Source of the DNA: Botryllus schlosseri
Taxonomy: Eukaryota
Reading direction: 5' to 3'
Assembly (NCBI GenBank): GCA_051294905.1
Contig: CM119371.1
Coordinates: forward strand, 9,610,001 to 9,674,000
DNA length: 64,000 bases
This document shows positions 1 through 12,141 of the stretch, in pieces. Position numbers and translations under genes: made by a program. Each line of letters opens with the position of its first letter. Positions within the stretch are counted from its first letter, which is position 1. The notes beneath the pieces were generated by a model. It was not told the origin of the DNA and searched no databases. It worked only from the letters and a program-made list of their open reading frames with translations.

Positions 1-1461
1 TTAATTGAGTGGAAATGTAAGGCGTTACCTCTGCTTCTTCTTGGTAGCATTGCTGACTACTTTGATCACATCTGACTACACATGACATATTACTGTTCAG
101 ATTAGGAACAGATGAAATATTATGGCGGGTTGGATGTCAATATCCATGCCCAATGCGTTGCAATCTTTTTATATTTTTCATAACTGAAAGATGAAGAAGA
201 AAATGCTAGTAGTACTACGAAGTATCGGTGTATTCGTGTAATTGTATTGCGTAGGCGTGAAGTTTGAACCGGTGGTTCTGAACCTTTTTTCTTCATGCCC
301 GCCCATGATTTAAGAGTCGCACCAAAGACAATGCGGTAGATGTCGAAGTCTGGTCGGGTTTCGACTTTACTATTTGAACTATATCATGTATGAATCACGC
401 TCGATAACAACTCAATTAATCAAGTACTATTTTTGGGATCAAATCAGGGTGTTATAACAACTGTTGGTAGCTGGCTCATTCATATTGGGTTTGAATCCAG
501 TGTACACAACTTGATTCCACTTCTGTGATAGGCAATACGGTGAATTTGTTTTGTTTTATTGCTTTTTATATTGACTGAAAACGAGGTACAGACTCCCGCT
601 GTATGCTCACATTGAATTAAGTTGAGTATACCGCACCCAGTTCTATAAATAAGCATGTCCTCAAAAACAACACATTTTATATATTCTTTATGGTTCCATT
701 ACAAGAGGTAGATAATGTAAATTCAATTTTGTACCTCTCCAATACAAGGGTACACAGTTTATCATTTTGGCCAGAAAGCCTCAAAGCATGTTTACTCTAC
801 AAATTGCTTCCACTCCGTTTCCAAACTTCTATGCGCAGTGTGCTGCAAGATACAATACCTGGTTTGAAACATTTTGTCAGGAATACCCTTATCTAGTGTA
901 AATGAACAGTGTTAAGAGAGACCTTACAATGTAAAAGCACCTGCATGAAGCATAAAACCCACATTTTACAAGAATTATGGCAACCACTGCATTTATGGAA
1001 CAAATCCACACACCTTTGGCACACTTCGCGCGAAACGTAACTAAATATTTGGTCTTTCATGAATTTTGTCAAGAGTGGGCTTGCAACGAGATCTCAGATA
1101 TATATCATTAAAATTTCAATATACAGATTTGTATCACTACTACGCCATGTATACATCCATCGCATTTTTCTTCTACGTCCCAGTGCCCCCCATCTGACAA
1201 CAAGGTTAAGAACTACTGTTTTATAGCATCTTTTACCTCCGGGCTGAGTTGAAATTTAGAAAATTGTGAGGTCTAATGTCACATGTTGATATGTTACTAC
1301 CAGAGGCGATCAGGAGCTAGTGACGTCTATTTTTCTGACTACTCCGAGAGCATTTGTCTGCTCACTTGGCTGGTTGCCTTATCATACTACTTCCACTTTA
1401 ATCAGACAGTTTCAAGGCAACGCAACCTAGTTTTTACAGAGCGATGTTGCAATCGAGTCAC

Positions 1462-2755
1462 CATAGGCGGTCAGTAACGAAGTACTTCTACTTTTTCGAA
1501 GCACTCAAGTACTTTTCCTCTAGTTCTGGTACTTACTCAAGTAGATATGAATTTTAATACTTCTACTTCTACTTCATATTATTTTGTGATTTACTTACTT
1601 ACTTTTCGCTATTTTCAGTTTGTCAAGTAGAAGTAGTTTAATCCTCCAATCAGGAAGATAGCCTGAGAAATTTCGGGGCTGTTTTCACGGAGTAACGACA
1701 TAAAAGTCGAGTTAAGCCTAGAATTTTGGTCGCGCTTCGCGCGCAAAGAATGCAGAGTATCCAGCGTGATTTCACGAAAGTGTCCGGTGAATATAATTCA
1801 GGTAGCGGGTTGGCGTGGTTCCGTTCACACCGCATTGTCAGCCTTCGCCATATCAAATATTTCATCACAGTATATATGGCTTATCATACTGTTTGAAACT
1901 GATGTTTTGCAATCTAGCATTTACTTATCATATCGTAATCTAGCTGTCCATGGCGTGTTCTAATCTGGAAAGATGGACTCTGACTTTTTCTTTAGTTTTA
2001 GAGCTGTTTTAGCATACCAATCTTCGAAACTTTCTGGACTAAAGACATTAAATACATGTTCCGTTTTTAGATTTATATTTCACTTTCAATTCTCAGTAGG
2101 CTACCATATATTTTGATTTCTAATTAATATCAGTTCTTTTGTGTGGATAACGTACACGTTGAAGTATATAAGCAAGTGTAGTAATGCCTTCAATTTCCAT
2201 AAATAAAGCTACTCAATATAGCATTTTTACGGTCCACCATATTTTTTATTGACGTTTACTAATCGCACAATGTGTTTACACCGTATCCAACACACCATCT
2301 TCGTATTGCTCTTCGACTAAACTACAGGCCTTTTAATATGGGGGAGTGCACAATACATGATATTTTCTAAAACGTGCTGTTTGAGTAAACAGAGGATTAG
2401 TATCGCATTTCCATAGCAATACTATCATTTTTATCCCATGATGTGGACAAATGCTTATCCTTATGTTATCGAAAATTGGATGTCTGCTGGTTTGCATCGA
2501 TATGAATCAAGCTCGTCACCTTTCGCATAGCTCAATTTGCACGTTTTTACAATCCATGTGAACAAATTAGGATTGTTTTCACAACTACCGTACTTACTTA
2601 CTTGAGTACTTTTAAAGTCAGTCAATTCTACTTCTACTTCAAGTAGTTTTAGGTTCCTCATGGAAGAAGTACTTCTACTCGTACTTGAGTAGATTTTTTC
2701 GTCGCTAATTCTACTTCTACTTGAGTAGCTTTGTTGACTACTTTGACCACCTCTG
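1462..2755. mobile_element. Non-autonomous hAT element (CTACTTCTAC-rich family) inserted into a GACTCGAGTC-rich MITE
   Basis: Imperfect TIRs CATAGGCGGTCA / TGACCACCTCTG; exact 8-bp TSD CGAGTCAC at 1454-1461 and 2756-2763; related partial copy at 41545-41837. Confidence 0.85.
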
Positions 2756-2763
2756 CGAGTCAC

Positions 2764-3418
2764 TAACTTTGAGTCAGCTCGAGTCATTGCACATTTTGAC
2801 TCAAGTCAATCGATTTTTTAAGGTGACTCAAATCAAGTCACTCGTTTTTTGGAGGTGACTCGAGTCAAGTCAAGGCACAATTTAAGTGAAATTAAATTTT
2901 CGAAGTATGAGTGATCATACAAAGTCATTACATTTTGCTAGCTGTGTTGAATACGGATTAATTGACCATTTATCTACAATCAGATAACGAATATAAAGTT
3001 GAATACAAATACAAAAATGCATTGCATCGCTCCTGCACACGTAGAACTGCTGAAAAATGCGTCAGTAACTGTATAGCTACATCAGATGTCAAACATACGA
3101 ACCGCCAAATGATTTCATCGGGCCCGTGAAGAAATTCTGAGTATGAATTCGAACATCTTTTCCAGCACATTTAAGTGAGAAATATTTCTAAAAAATATAC
3201 CCTCACCTCACGATAGCATCAAGTATTTGTTCATAGGCCACGTTATAACGGGCTATGCATGTCGGCTATGTCTACATATGTCTACTATGGTCGGGGAGAG
3301 GGATATTAGGGTTGGGGGAGGGGGATAGTAGGGCGTGAATTTGGCTCAGAGTCAGTCCACATATTTTGAAGCGCCAAGTCAAGTTAAGTCATTTTTGCGA
3401 AGTGACTCGGCACGTCTG
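2764..3418. repeat. GACTCGAGTC/AAGTCAAGTC-rich MITE family member (host of the 1462-2755 insertion)
   Basis: Same subterminal motifs as copies at 7533, 46120 and 58106; ends not resolved. Confidence 0.5.
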
Positions 3419-3523
3419 GGGCATGTGCAAGCTTTGCTGCTAATATTGCAGACAAGATTTTTGATGTCAGCAAGGATATTCACACGGAGTTCGAAGTGAC
3501 TGTCCCGAGTAAAATGTCTCCCC

Positions 3524-4156
3524 TCATATTCCACATTTGTGATTTTTCATGCAAGCATGTATCCGCATATGTCCGGTAAGGGTTGTCTTCTGAGCAAATG
3601 CTTTCCCACACACATTACATTCATGATTTTTGACGCCAGCATGCATGTCCATATGCTGCATGAGCACTCCCTTCTGAAGAAATGCTTTTCCACACACAGT
3701 ACATTCATGATTTCGTATGCCAGCATGGATTTTCATATGAAGCTTGAGGCCTGCCTTCTGAGTAAAAGATTTTCCACAAACATTACATTCATAGTTCTTG
3801 ACGCCAGCATGCAACTCCATATGAAGTTCCAAATGACCCTTCCGAGTAAATGCTTTCCCACACACATTACATTCATGATTTTTGACGCCAGCATGCATGT
3901 CCATATGCTGCATGATCACTCCCTTCTGAAGAAACGCTTTTCCACACACAGTACATTCATGATATTTTACGCCAGCATGGATTTTCATATGAAGCTTGAG
4001 GCCTCCCTTATGAGTAAAAGATTTTCCACAAACATTACATTCATGATTTTTGACGCCAGCATGCATCTTCATATGAAGCTTGAGGTTACTCTGGTGAGTA
4101 AATGATTTCCCACACACAGCACATTCATGATTTTTGACGCCAGCATGCATCTTCAT
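3524..4156 (-). CDS. C2H2 zinc-finger array, distal part (fingers 18-24), out of frame with the proximal part
   Basis: Seven C-x2-C-x3-F-x5-L-x2-H-x3-H repeats in the ORF; continuous 84-bp periodicity with the upstream ORF across a 7-nt deletion at 4164/4165. Confidence 0.9.
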   Translation of the reverse strand: MKMHAGVKNHECAVCGKSFTHQSNLKLHMKMHAGVKNHECNVCGKSFTHKGGLKLHMKIHAGVKYHECTVCGKAFLQKGVIMQHMDMHAGVKNHECNVCGKAFTRKGHLELHMELHAGVKNYECNVCGKSFTQKAGLKLHMKIHAGIRNHECTVCGKAFLQKGVLMQHMDMHAGVKNHECNVCGKAFAQKTTLTGHMRIHACMKNHKCGI

Positions 4157-5658
4157 ATGAAGCTACCCTTCTGAGTAAATGCTTTTCCACAGACATTACA
4201 TTCATGATTTTTTACGCCAGCATGGATTTTCATATGAAGCTTGAGGCCTGCCTTCTGAGTAAAAGATTTTCCACAAACATTACATTCATAGTTCTTGACG
4301 CCAGCATGCAACTCCATATGAAGTTCCAAATGACCCTTCCGAGTAAATGCTTTTCCACACACAGTACATTCATGATTTCGTACGCCAGCATGGATTTTCA
4401 TATGAAGCTTGAGGCCTGCCTTCTGAGTAAAAGATTTTCCACAAACATTACATTCATAGTTCTTGACGCCAGCATGCAACTCCATATGAAGTTCCAAATG
4501 ACCCTTCCGAGTAAATGCTTTCCCACACACATTACATTCATGATTTTTGACGCCAGCATGCATGTCCATATGCTGCATGAGCACTCCCTTCTGAAGAAAC
4601 GCTTTTCCACACACAGTACATTCATGATATTTTACGCCAGCATGGATTTTCATATGAAGCTTGAGGCCTCCCTTATGAGTAAAAGATTTTCCACAAACAT
4701 TACATTCATGATTTTTGACGCCAGCATGCATCTTCATATGAAGCTTGATGCTACCCTTCTGAGTAAATGCTTTTCCACAGACATTACATTCATGATTTTT
4801 GACGCCAGCATGCATCTTCATATGAAGCTTGATGCTACCCTTCTGAGTAAATGCTTTTCCACAGACATTACATTCATGATTTTTGATGCCAGCATGCATG
4901 TCCATATGCCGCTTGAGCACTCCCTTCTGAACAAATGCTTTTCCACACACAGTACATTCATGATTTTTTACGCCAGCATGGATTTTCATATGAAGCTTGA
5001 GGCCTCCCTTCTGAGTAAAAGATTTTCCACAAACATTACATTCATGGTTCTTGACGCCCGCATGCAACTCCATATGAAGTTCCAGATGACCCTTCCGGGT
5101 AAATGCTTTCCCACACACATTACATTCATGATTTTTGACGCCAGCATGTATCTCCATATGCCGCTTGAGGTTACTCTGGTGAGTAAATGCTTTCCCACAC
5201 ACAGCACATTCATGATTTTTGACGCCAGCATGCATCTTCATATGAAGCTTGATGCTACCCTTCCGAGTAAATGCTTTTCCACAGACATTACATTCATGAT
5301 TTTTGACCGCAGCATGCATGTTCATATGCAGCTTGAGCACTCTCTTCTGAAGAAATGCTTTTCCACATACAGCACATTCATGATCTTTAACGCCAGCATG
5401 CATGTCCATATGAAGCTTGACGTTACCCTTCCGAGTAAATGCTTTTCCACACACAGGACATTCATGATTTTTGACGCCAACATGCATCTCCATATGACCC
5501 ATGAGGTTACCCTTTTGAAGAAATGCTTTTCCACATACAGCACATTCATGATTTTTAAAGCCCGTATGCATATCCTTTAATCCTCCACTACTCTCGTAAA
5601 TATCACCTAAACGATATCTCAAGTCATGATGAATAGTTTGAATATTAGAGTCTGTGTC
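4153..5658 (-). CDS. Tandem C2H2 zinc-finger protein, proximal part (16 complete fingers plus a frameshifted 17th); true 5' end unknown
   Basis: 28-aa repeats such as HECNVCGKAFTRKGHLELHMELH with AGVKN linkers. The predicted ORF extends to 5814, but 5659-5760 is MITE sequence and the Met lies in a TSD. Confidence 0.9.
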   Translation of the reverse strand, partial: DTDSNIQTIHHDLRYRLGDIYESSGGLKDMHTGFKNHECAVCGKAFLQKGNLMGHMEMHVGVKNHECPVCGKAFTRKGNVKLHMDMHAGVKDHECAVCGKAFLQKRVLKLHMNMHAAVKNHECNVCGKAFTRKGSIKLHMKMHAGVKNHECAVCGKAFTHQSNLKRHMEIHAGVKNHECNVCGKAFTRKGHLELHMELHAGVKNHECNVCGKSFTQKGGLKLHMKIHAGVKNHECTVCGKAFVQKGVLKRHMDMHAGIKNHECNVCGKAFTQKGSIKLHMKMHAGVKNHECNVCGKAFTQKGSIKLHMKMHAGVKNHECNVCGKSFTHKGGLKLHMKIHAGVKYHECTVCGKAFLQKGVLMQHMDMHAGVKNHECNVCGKAFTRKGHLELHMELHAGVKNYECNVCGKSFTQKAGLKLHMKIHAGVRNHECTVCGKAFTRKGHLELHMELHAGVKNYECNVCGKSFTQKAGLKLHMKIHAGVKNHECNVCGKAFTQKGSFI

Positions 5659-5760
5659 TAGGGCCATGGGCAAAATGATTCTAGTACTCGAATCTGCATC
5701 GAGTATCAAGTTTAATGATTTGAGTCGAGCAGTAAAAGACGATTTTTTCGAGTACTGAAA
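5659..5760 (+). mobile_element. MITE terminus (TAGGGC...GAGTACTGAAAT family)
   Basis: Aligns by eye with the reverse complement of about 44950-45052 (TAGGGCTGGGC...CGAGTACTGAAAT). Confidence 0.65.
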
Positions 5761-5817
5761 TAACATGCTTGTCGCAACTTCATACATGTCTATTGTCCCC
5801 CTAGAAGAGGTCATTAG

Positions 5818-6652
5818 TAGGGCGGATTTTTTTTTACCTGAAAAAAGGACAATTTTGACCTAAAAAATCCAAATTTTGACTTTTGTTGACCTAAACAAAC
5901 TAAATTTTGACCTAAAGTATGCAAATTAGGTGTTTTCCCACATAATGTTAAAATTGTACCACTTATCTTCATTTCTGGTTAGAACTGGCTGTCCTAACGA
6001 AGTGGTTTGGCATGGAAAAGCGTTTAGGGCTTAGAAACAAGCAACTTATTACATGAAAAAAACAATATTTCAACGAAATCTGGCCCTATGATGAATTCAA
6101 GTGGTTACAATATGTATTATGGTGGAAATAATGAAAAAATTTTGTAGTACGAGAGATACTTCCCTACATTACTGGGTAGAAAGTGCATGTCCTTACTAAG
6201 AAACTTGCCAAGGACGTTCCACTGCAGCACTTGTTGGCTGACAACACTCAAGTTGTGCGTACACTGCTGGTGTCACACCGTGTTGCTTCATTCTGACAGT
6301 GTTGTCTACATCACAATTTTTCATCATGCGCTTCTTGATGTAAGAATGATGCAATGCCCAAGAAGTCTTTCTTCAGTTAGAATATTGCGGTACGTTGACC
6401 ATATTATCATGCCTACATATTTGTTTTATTTGACCGTTTATGATTCACAATGAGCAGACAATTAGCCATTTACAACGGTAGGCCTATGAAGTAGGCTGAA
6501 AGCTGTGAAATATCAAATGATATGTTCATCGACAGTGCAAAATCTACGATACAAACGAAATGCAGAAGTCGAAAAAATTTGGACTTGATGAACAATTTTG
6601 ACAAATGTTGACCTAACGCTACAATTTTGACATGTCAAAAAAAACCGCCCTA
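5818..6652. mobile_element. hAT MITE
   Basis: TIRs TAGGGCGGATTTTTTT / AAAAAAAACCGCCCTA; exact 8-bp TSD GTCATTAG at 5810-5817 and 6653-6660. Confidence 0.9.
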
Positions 6653-6835
6653 GTCATTAGTAATGCAGTATTTCTGCTTTTCTGTAGTACTTGGGTGGAT
6701 TTATATCTGCTAGTTTCACTTGCTCAAGTAGTCGTTTTTATATACCAGCCTACTTCTATTTCACCATTCACTAATGCTGAAATACGGTACCAATTTGTGC
6801 GTTGGGGCTGTTCAAAGAAAAACCTTTTTCTTCAA

Positions 6836-7265
6836 ATTTCACTGGCTACGTGAAAAAATTGTCAGGTTGGCTAATAAAACGCTGTAAACCAAATTTGGCT
6901 CAATTCCAACTGGTAGAAGCAAAATTCTTATAGTAGAAAAATTAGGATTTATTATCCAAAATTTCAAATTTTTCTGTCCACCCCAAAAAATTGTTAGGCT
7001 GTCAGTGGAGATGACGCACTCCAAGTTCGTCTCAATTCCCATCACGCGAAGTATTGGTAAGGTATTGCAGTAGAAAAATTTCTAATTCTATAATAAATAA
7101 TGAAAGAGTTAGTTAAATTAAATATTATTTTCTTCCAATCCAATTTTTTCTAATGCAATAACTTCGCTTCTACTGGTTGGAATTGAGCGAAATTTGATGT
7201 GCAGCAAATTTTTGGACAGCCCTATTGGGCATTCATAGATATTTGATGTGCACGTCAAAGTGAAA
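6836..7265. mobile_element. Foldback-type MITE, family unresolved
   Basis: Inverted arms GCTCAATTCCAACTGGTAGAAGC (about 6897) / GCTTCTACTGGTTGGAATTGAGC (about 7165); related sequence at about 60495-60720. No clear TSD. Confidence 0.5.
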
Positions 7266-7532
7266 TAAACTTCATAAACAAGTTCAATGCGTGTAATGCA
7301 GTAGTTCTCAAACTTTTCAGAACTCAACCCGAGGTTCATTATTAACTCACGAACCGAGCCTCACACGTCGACAAAAATGAAAATGTTAGCAGGCTACTTT
7401 TTTGTGGGCATGCATGATATGCAGACAACCAGCTGTAGGCTAATTGATTCATTACAATCAAGGCCATCGATTCAGCGAGGTCAGTGTGACTGAAATTTCC
7501 CCTTCACAGTATTTTACTGCAGTACTCTTTTG

Positions 7533-7677
7533 CAGGGTTGTAACCAAGCCGCAAGGTTCCAAGTCACGAGTCAATGAGTCATTCTACGCATTTGAGGAAA
7601 TGAATCCGAGAGTCAAGTCGAGTCACCAAAAAAATCGTGACTCGAGTCGAGTCGTGACTTGAGTCATTTCAACCCTG
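7533..7677. mobile_element. 145-bp hAT MITE
   Basis: TIRs CAGGGTTG / CAACCCTG; exact 8-bp TSD CTCTTTTG at 7525-7532 and 7678-7685. Confidence 0.9.
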
Positions 7678-7944
7678 CTCTTTTGTACTGTGCGGCACAA
7701 TGTAGGCTACGCGTTAATGGTTTCCATTTGTTCTCTAGTCACAGACCCATTGCAAGGAATTTTCAAGCTAAATGACACTTGAATTATCAAGATTTGTGAT
7801 TTAATTTAAAATAAACACGCACTAAACATGTTAACAAGGCTACTATAAGTTATGTGTATGCTTCAACCTGTTACCGGTACCTAATTTTACCCGGTACAGC
7901 AGTAACTGCTGACCATCTAGTTGTAAAACGTCTCTATTACAACA

Positions 7945-8113
7945 CCAGGTCTGTTGGAGATGCGACTGATCACGCAAGCGATTATATCTTGCGCACATGG
8001 CCTATTACAGATGCGATTGCTCAGGCCAACGGTTATGTCGTGCGCGCCAGGTCTGTTGGAGATGTGGCTGACTATGCAAGCGATTAGGCTATATCTTGCG
8101 CATATGGCCTGTT
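7945..8113. repeat. Tandem duplication, 102-bp unit (about 1.7 copies)
   Basis: CCAGGTCTGTTGGAGATG...GCAAGCGATT...ATATCTTGCGCA begins at 7945 and again at 8047. Confidence 0.75.
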
Positions 8114-8652
8114 GTATATGGGATTGTTAAGGCCTGTCGATGACGCGATGAATTAACGAGGGTTGCCGCGCGTGCGTGCAGCAATGCTCGTGCTCAGTGA
8201 ACTAATTTCACTCGCGTACAAACGGCAAACTAACTCAGCAGGAGGCTGCTGGCTGTGCTGCTCGTTATTTGGCAACACGCTTCTCACTAACTGGCAGCGC
8301 GTTACACTGATAATACGAATTACTGGGCACGATGGCTGGAAGTGAAGCGCGATTGGAAACAAACATGAAGAAAGGTGTGATTTCAAGTTTTTTATCGACG
8401 GAGATTTTTTCAAGGCTTGATGTACCCATGTATAATACATTAATACACACCCCCTATACCCCCTCTAAAATTTTGCGCATTATACATGGAAAATTACGGT
8501 ATCATATAACCACTAAACATATGCAAACATGATCACCGATGGCATGCAAAATTGTTTCCTTGTGGTACAGCTCGAATTATTCACTAAGCAATTAACATGA
8601 AATATTGCATTTCTAAATATCCTTCCTTCATATTTGATGAACAACTCTTAAA

Positions 8653-8842
8653 CAATGTTCCCTCTAATTTTTCACGACTTTACGCGCAGTCACCAACTCA
8701 CTGCGAGGTCCCTTGGACAACAGGTCGTGGACGACTAAAAATAGGGTCATCACTTTGAATTTTTGTGCGCCGCACCCGCAGCATAGATTTTCTTTGCGCA
8801 GAGACCGTCATAGCGCAATTGCGCAGCTTAGAGGGAACAATG
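8653..8842. mobile_element. hAT-type MITE (CAATGTTCCCTCTAA family)
   Basis: TIRs CAATGTTCCCTCTAA / TTAGAGGGAACAATG; degenerate flanks CTCTTAAA / CTCTCTAA; relatives at about 16680 and 37510-37686. Confidence 0.75.
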
Positions 8843-11150
8843 CTCTCTAATATTCTAATATACAGCATAAATCATTCAAAAATGACATACATCCAATCCT
8901 ATATAATTAAAATGTCGATAAAACAATCACAGTGTAGCTCTTGTGTATGAGTCAGCAACTGATACAGAAATGTAACTTAGTATTTTTCTCATTACACACT
9001 ATACTGATTATGGGCACACATACTCTTACTACTAATAGACATTGGGCATTAATGAAATTTAGGAAGGAGTCAAATAGCATAGATTACATGCACTTTGGTC
9101 AAGTATTCCAAGACTAGGACTTGCAGTCTTTCATTCATAATCATTTGTTCGGCCCAAGCAGCTAAACTACATTACAAATATCTTCAATTTTGTCAAGTGG
9201 GCAGCAGCGTTTGGTTATATTAACATCAATTTTACAAATCCAGACGATGTATTTACTCTTCCACAGTATCAAGGTATAATTCAAAAAATTGCATCAATTT
9301 ATGACAGCATCGCGAAGATGCATATTGCAAACCTTTTCGGACAAAGGGCCACATGATATGTATACGAACCATTGCGCGGGCAACTGGAATGTTGATAAAC
9401 TTTTGTTAGCCGTCTGATAGGAGCGAAGAGCGAATTGAACTAAGTAACATTGAAAACAAAGAGTTATATTACTACGCTTCAAAATTCACAACAATTATGG
9501 CATGCAACTGTGCAGTGTGCAGTATTGGCCTGGTCGCGCTAAGCGCGACCTTTTTATCAAAGGTAATGAATGAATTCTGTCAATAAATATGCTACTCACA
9601 TTGGGCTCATTTGGCAGGGACAGGATTATTCGGCTTTTTCACATAGCAATATCGACGGTTGCGGTGAACATGCCTCTATCATTTTGTTGCAATTTTCTAA
9701 TTTCGAGAATTACCTCGCAGGCCACACAAAACCATCTTGCGGGCCTCATTTGGCTTGTGGGCGACGAGATGGCACCCTCGATCTGTACCGTTATAAAAAA
9801 CGGTGAGGTCATTTTCACAAACTCCGACTCAAGTCAATATTTTTTCCACGATTCCGATGCCAGCCAATATTGTTTTCACAACTCCGACTCCACAGCCCCG
9901 CTTCTAAGACACGTTGTGCTTATTTAGACAGTTTTTGATTCATCCGTTTTTTTTTGTCTTGTTTTCAAGACAAATTTCGCTAATCAAGAAATAACATTGG
10001 CTGTGGTCTTAAAGTTGACACGGGCCAAGAGCATAAGACATACCGGTAACTAGCTTTTTGAGACAGTTTTGATGTGTCAGTATTTTTGCTCTTGTTTTTA
10101 AGACCCATTCACTCCAAATGCTAGTATAGACACAGACAGGCGTATATATATTGTTCTGAAGATTTTTTGATGAGTGATAAGTGGCGTGTACCTCAAAAAC
10201 GTTATCTAGTCAATTTCTTGTCTTGTTAACTCCTTAGTACATTATCATCCCAACACTGCAATTCAGGTCTATCTCATGCTTCCCATCCACTCCACTCAGA
10301 ACCCAACACTGAAACTGCTCCCAAAGCACTGCTACTATTTTCAATTAATTTGAGTCTTACTTTCGAGACAGAAAGTACAGGTACGGTAAGACACGGTACT
10401 TGGTCAGACTATTTCGTCTTTAAGACTTTTTTGCTACAAAATCGATTTGAGACAAAAGTACTTGGTAAGACTAATTGGTCTATGAGACATTTTCTGCTAA
10501 AAATTCGATTTGAGACATTAAGACCAAATTTGTCTATTTTTTTGTAGTGAAAGACATTAAAGGAAGAACCGATCGGATAATTGACATTTCAAAAGAACGG
10601 GGTTTGGAGTATGAAATAGTAGAGATTCCGACCCCAAAAAGCCACCCACTGGCTACGCTACTGTTAGCAATGATAATGGCTCTGAGCGAGAAATGTGGCT
10701 ATACAAACATCATTCAATTTCAATAGAAAACCGGCATCTCAATTCGCCAAAAACCACGAAACGTGTTGTTCGGCAACCAATATTTTTTACAAATGTTCAA
10801 CTAGAACTAGAACTACTGAATTTTTCAAATTTGCGACTAGAACTAGAACTACTCAGTTTTCAAAATCCGCAACTAGAATTATATAGAAGTAATAGAATCA
10901 CTGAATTTTCAAAATCTGCAACTAACTAGAACTAGGCTACTTTATTTTCAAAATCAGCAACTAGAACAAGAACTACTTAAAACCGTTAGTTAGTTAGTTG
11001 ACCTTCAACTAACTGAATGTTTAGTTTGTGTACAAGTCTGTAATCGAAGCAACCCTCCTCGTACTGTACTTAACTACTTTACCATTTTCCATAGTATCCA
11101 CTTCACGATATTGTTGTTAATGTAATCATAGTGTCCTATATGGTGTCGAC

Positions 11151-12141
11151 CAGAGATGCCACTGAGATATTTTGGAAAAACCCAGATTTGGACGTTGAAA
11201 AAACCCAGATCCTATATTTCACTCAAATTTATATGATATAGCTGCAAAACAGTGACTGAGAGTCATCAATGACAGTTATACGGACATAGAAAAAGTTTTA
11301 GCCCTTGATATTGAAATCCCAACTGTTCATTTTCATACTATACATTTTGCTCAGTTAAATGAGCAAATCCATCGAAATATGATGCTTTCCTCTCGACACA
11401 TCGCTACGGGCACTCGTAATGTTTGTCACAATGACAATCCCCACCTATGATGAGGATGATTTTAGGGTAGTTCCAGTGACTGTGAGCTGACCAGATAGAT
11501 TAAAAATAGATTTCGATTCATTAAACCTGGGACAAGCACTTTTATCTGGGATGTTTAGTCGAAAAAGAAACTGCCAGATCATGAAATTAAGGGTACATTT
11601 GAATTTGACAAACCCCTCTCCCTCTGAATAACTTGCCCGGGTGCCCAAACTGTCTCTTTGAGTGTCCCTGTTGAAAGTGAATATACTCTGATGTCAACAT
11701 GGTAAATTAGTTAGATCAACATTTGGTCTTTCCATGTGCATTAATTGCATACTTTACAGCAGTTACATACTATTTACTGACACACAACGAATTTGTTGCA
11801 GCGCTAGCATTCAAGTCCTAAATCGTTTTGAATTGCAAAACAAATGCTCCAGAGTTGCCTTGTGAAAATGACTTTCTGCGACCTAGTAGTCAGTATTCAG
11901 CTCTCTCATCACGCCAAGACCTCTCCTTTTAATAGTAAATGGGTCTCTTTAGACTCAATCACAGTAGAATCCGTCGATATTATAAGATCTTACTAAGCTA
12001 ACAATCAATTTTGCGCCGTAAAATTGACCTGACAAACATGATGTTGAAAAAAAAACAGATTTCAAGCACAAAAACCCAGAAACCCAGGTGATGCTCGAAA
12101 AACCCAGATCTGGGTGGAAAAACCCAGGAGTGGCATCTCTG
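11151..12141. mobile_element. hAT MITE nested in the left TIR of the foldback element
   Basis: TIRs CAGAGATGCCAC / GTGGCATCTCTG; exact 8-bp TSD GTGTCGAC at 11143-11150 and 12142-12149. Confidence 0.92.

Noticed and set aside
3539-5580. Long plus-strand ORFs (188 aa and 458 aa) with repeated MIFDASM motifs
   Set aside because: These are the antisense shadow of the C2H2 repeat; stop-free antisense frames are a common by-product of ZNF codon usage.
10780-11041. ACTAGAACT short periodic repeats as a CRISPR-like or regulatory array
   Set aside because: Irregular spacing and no unique spacers; typical MITE subterminal repeats in a eukaryotic context.
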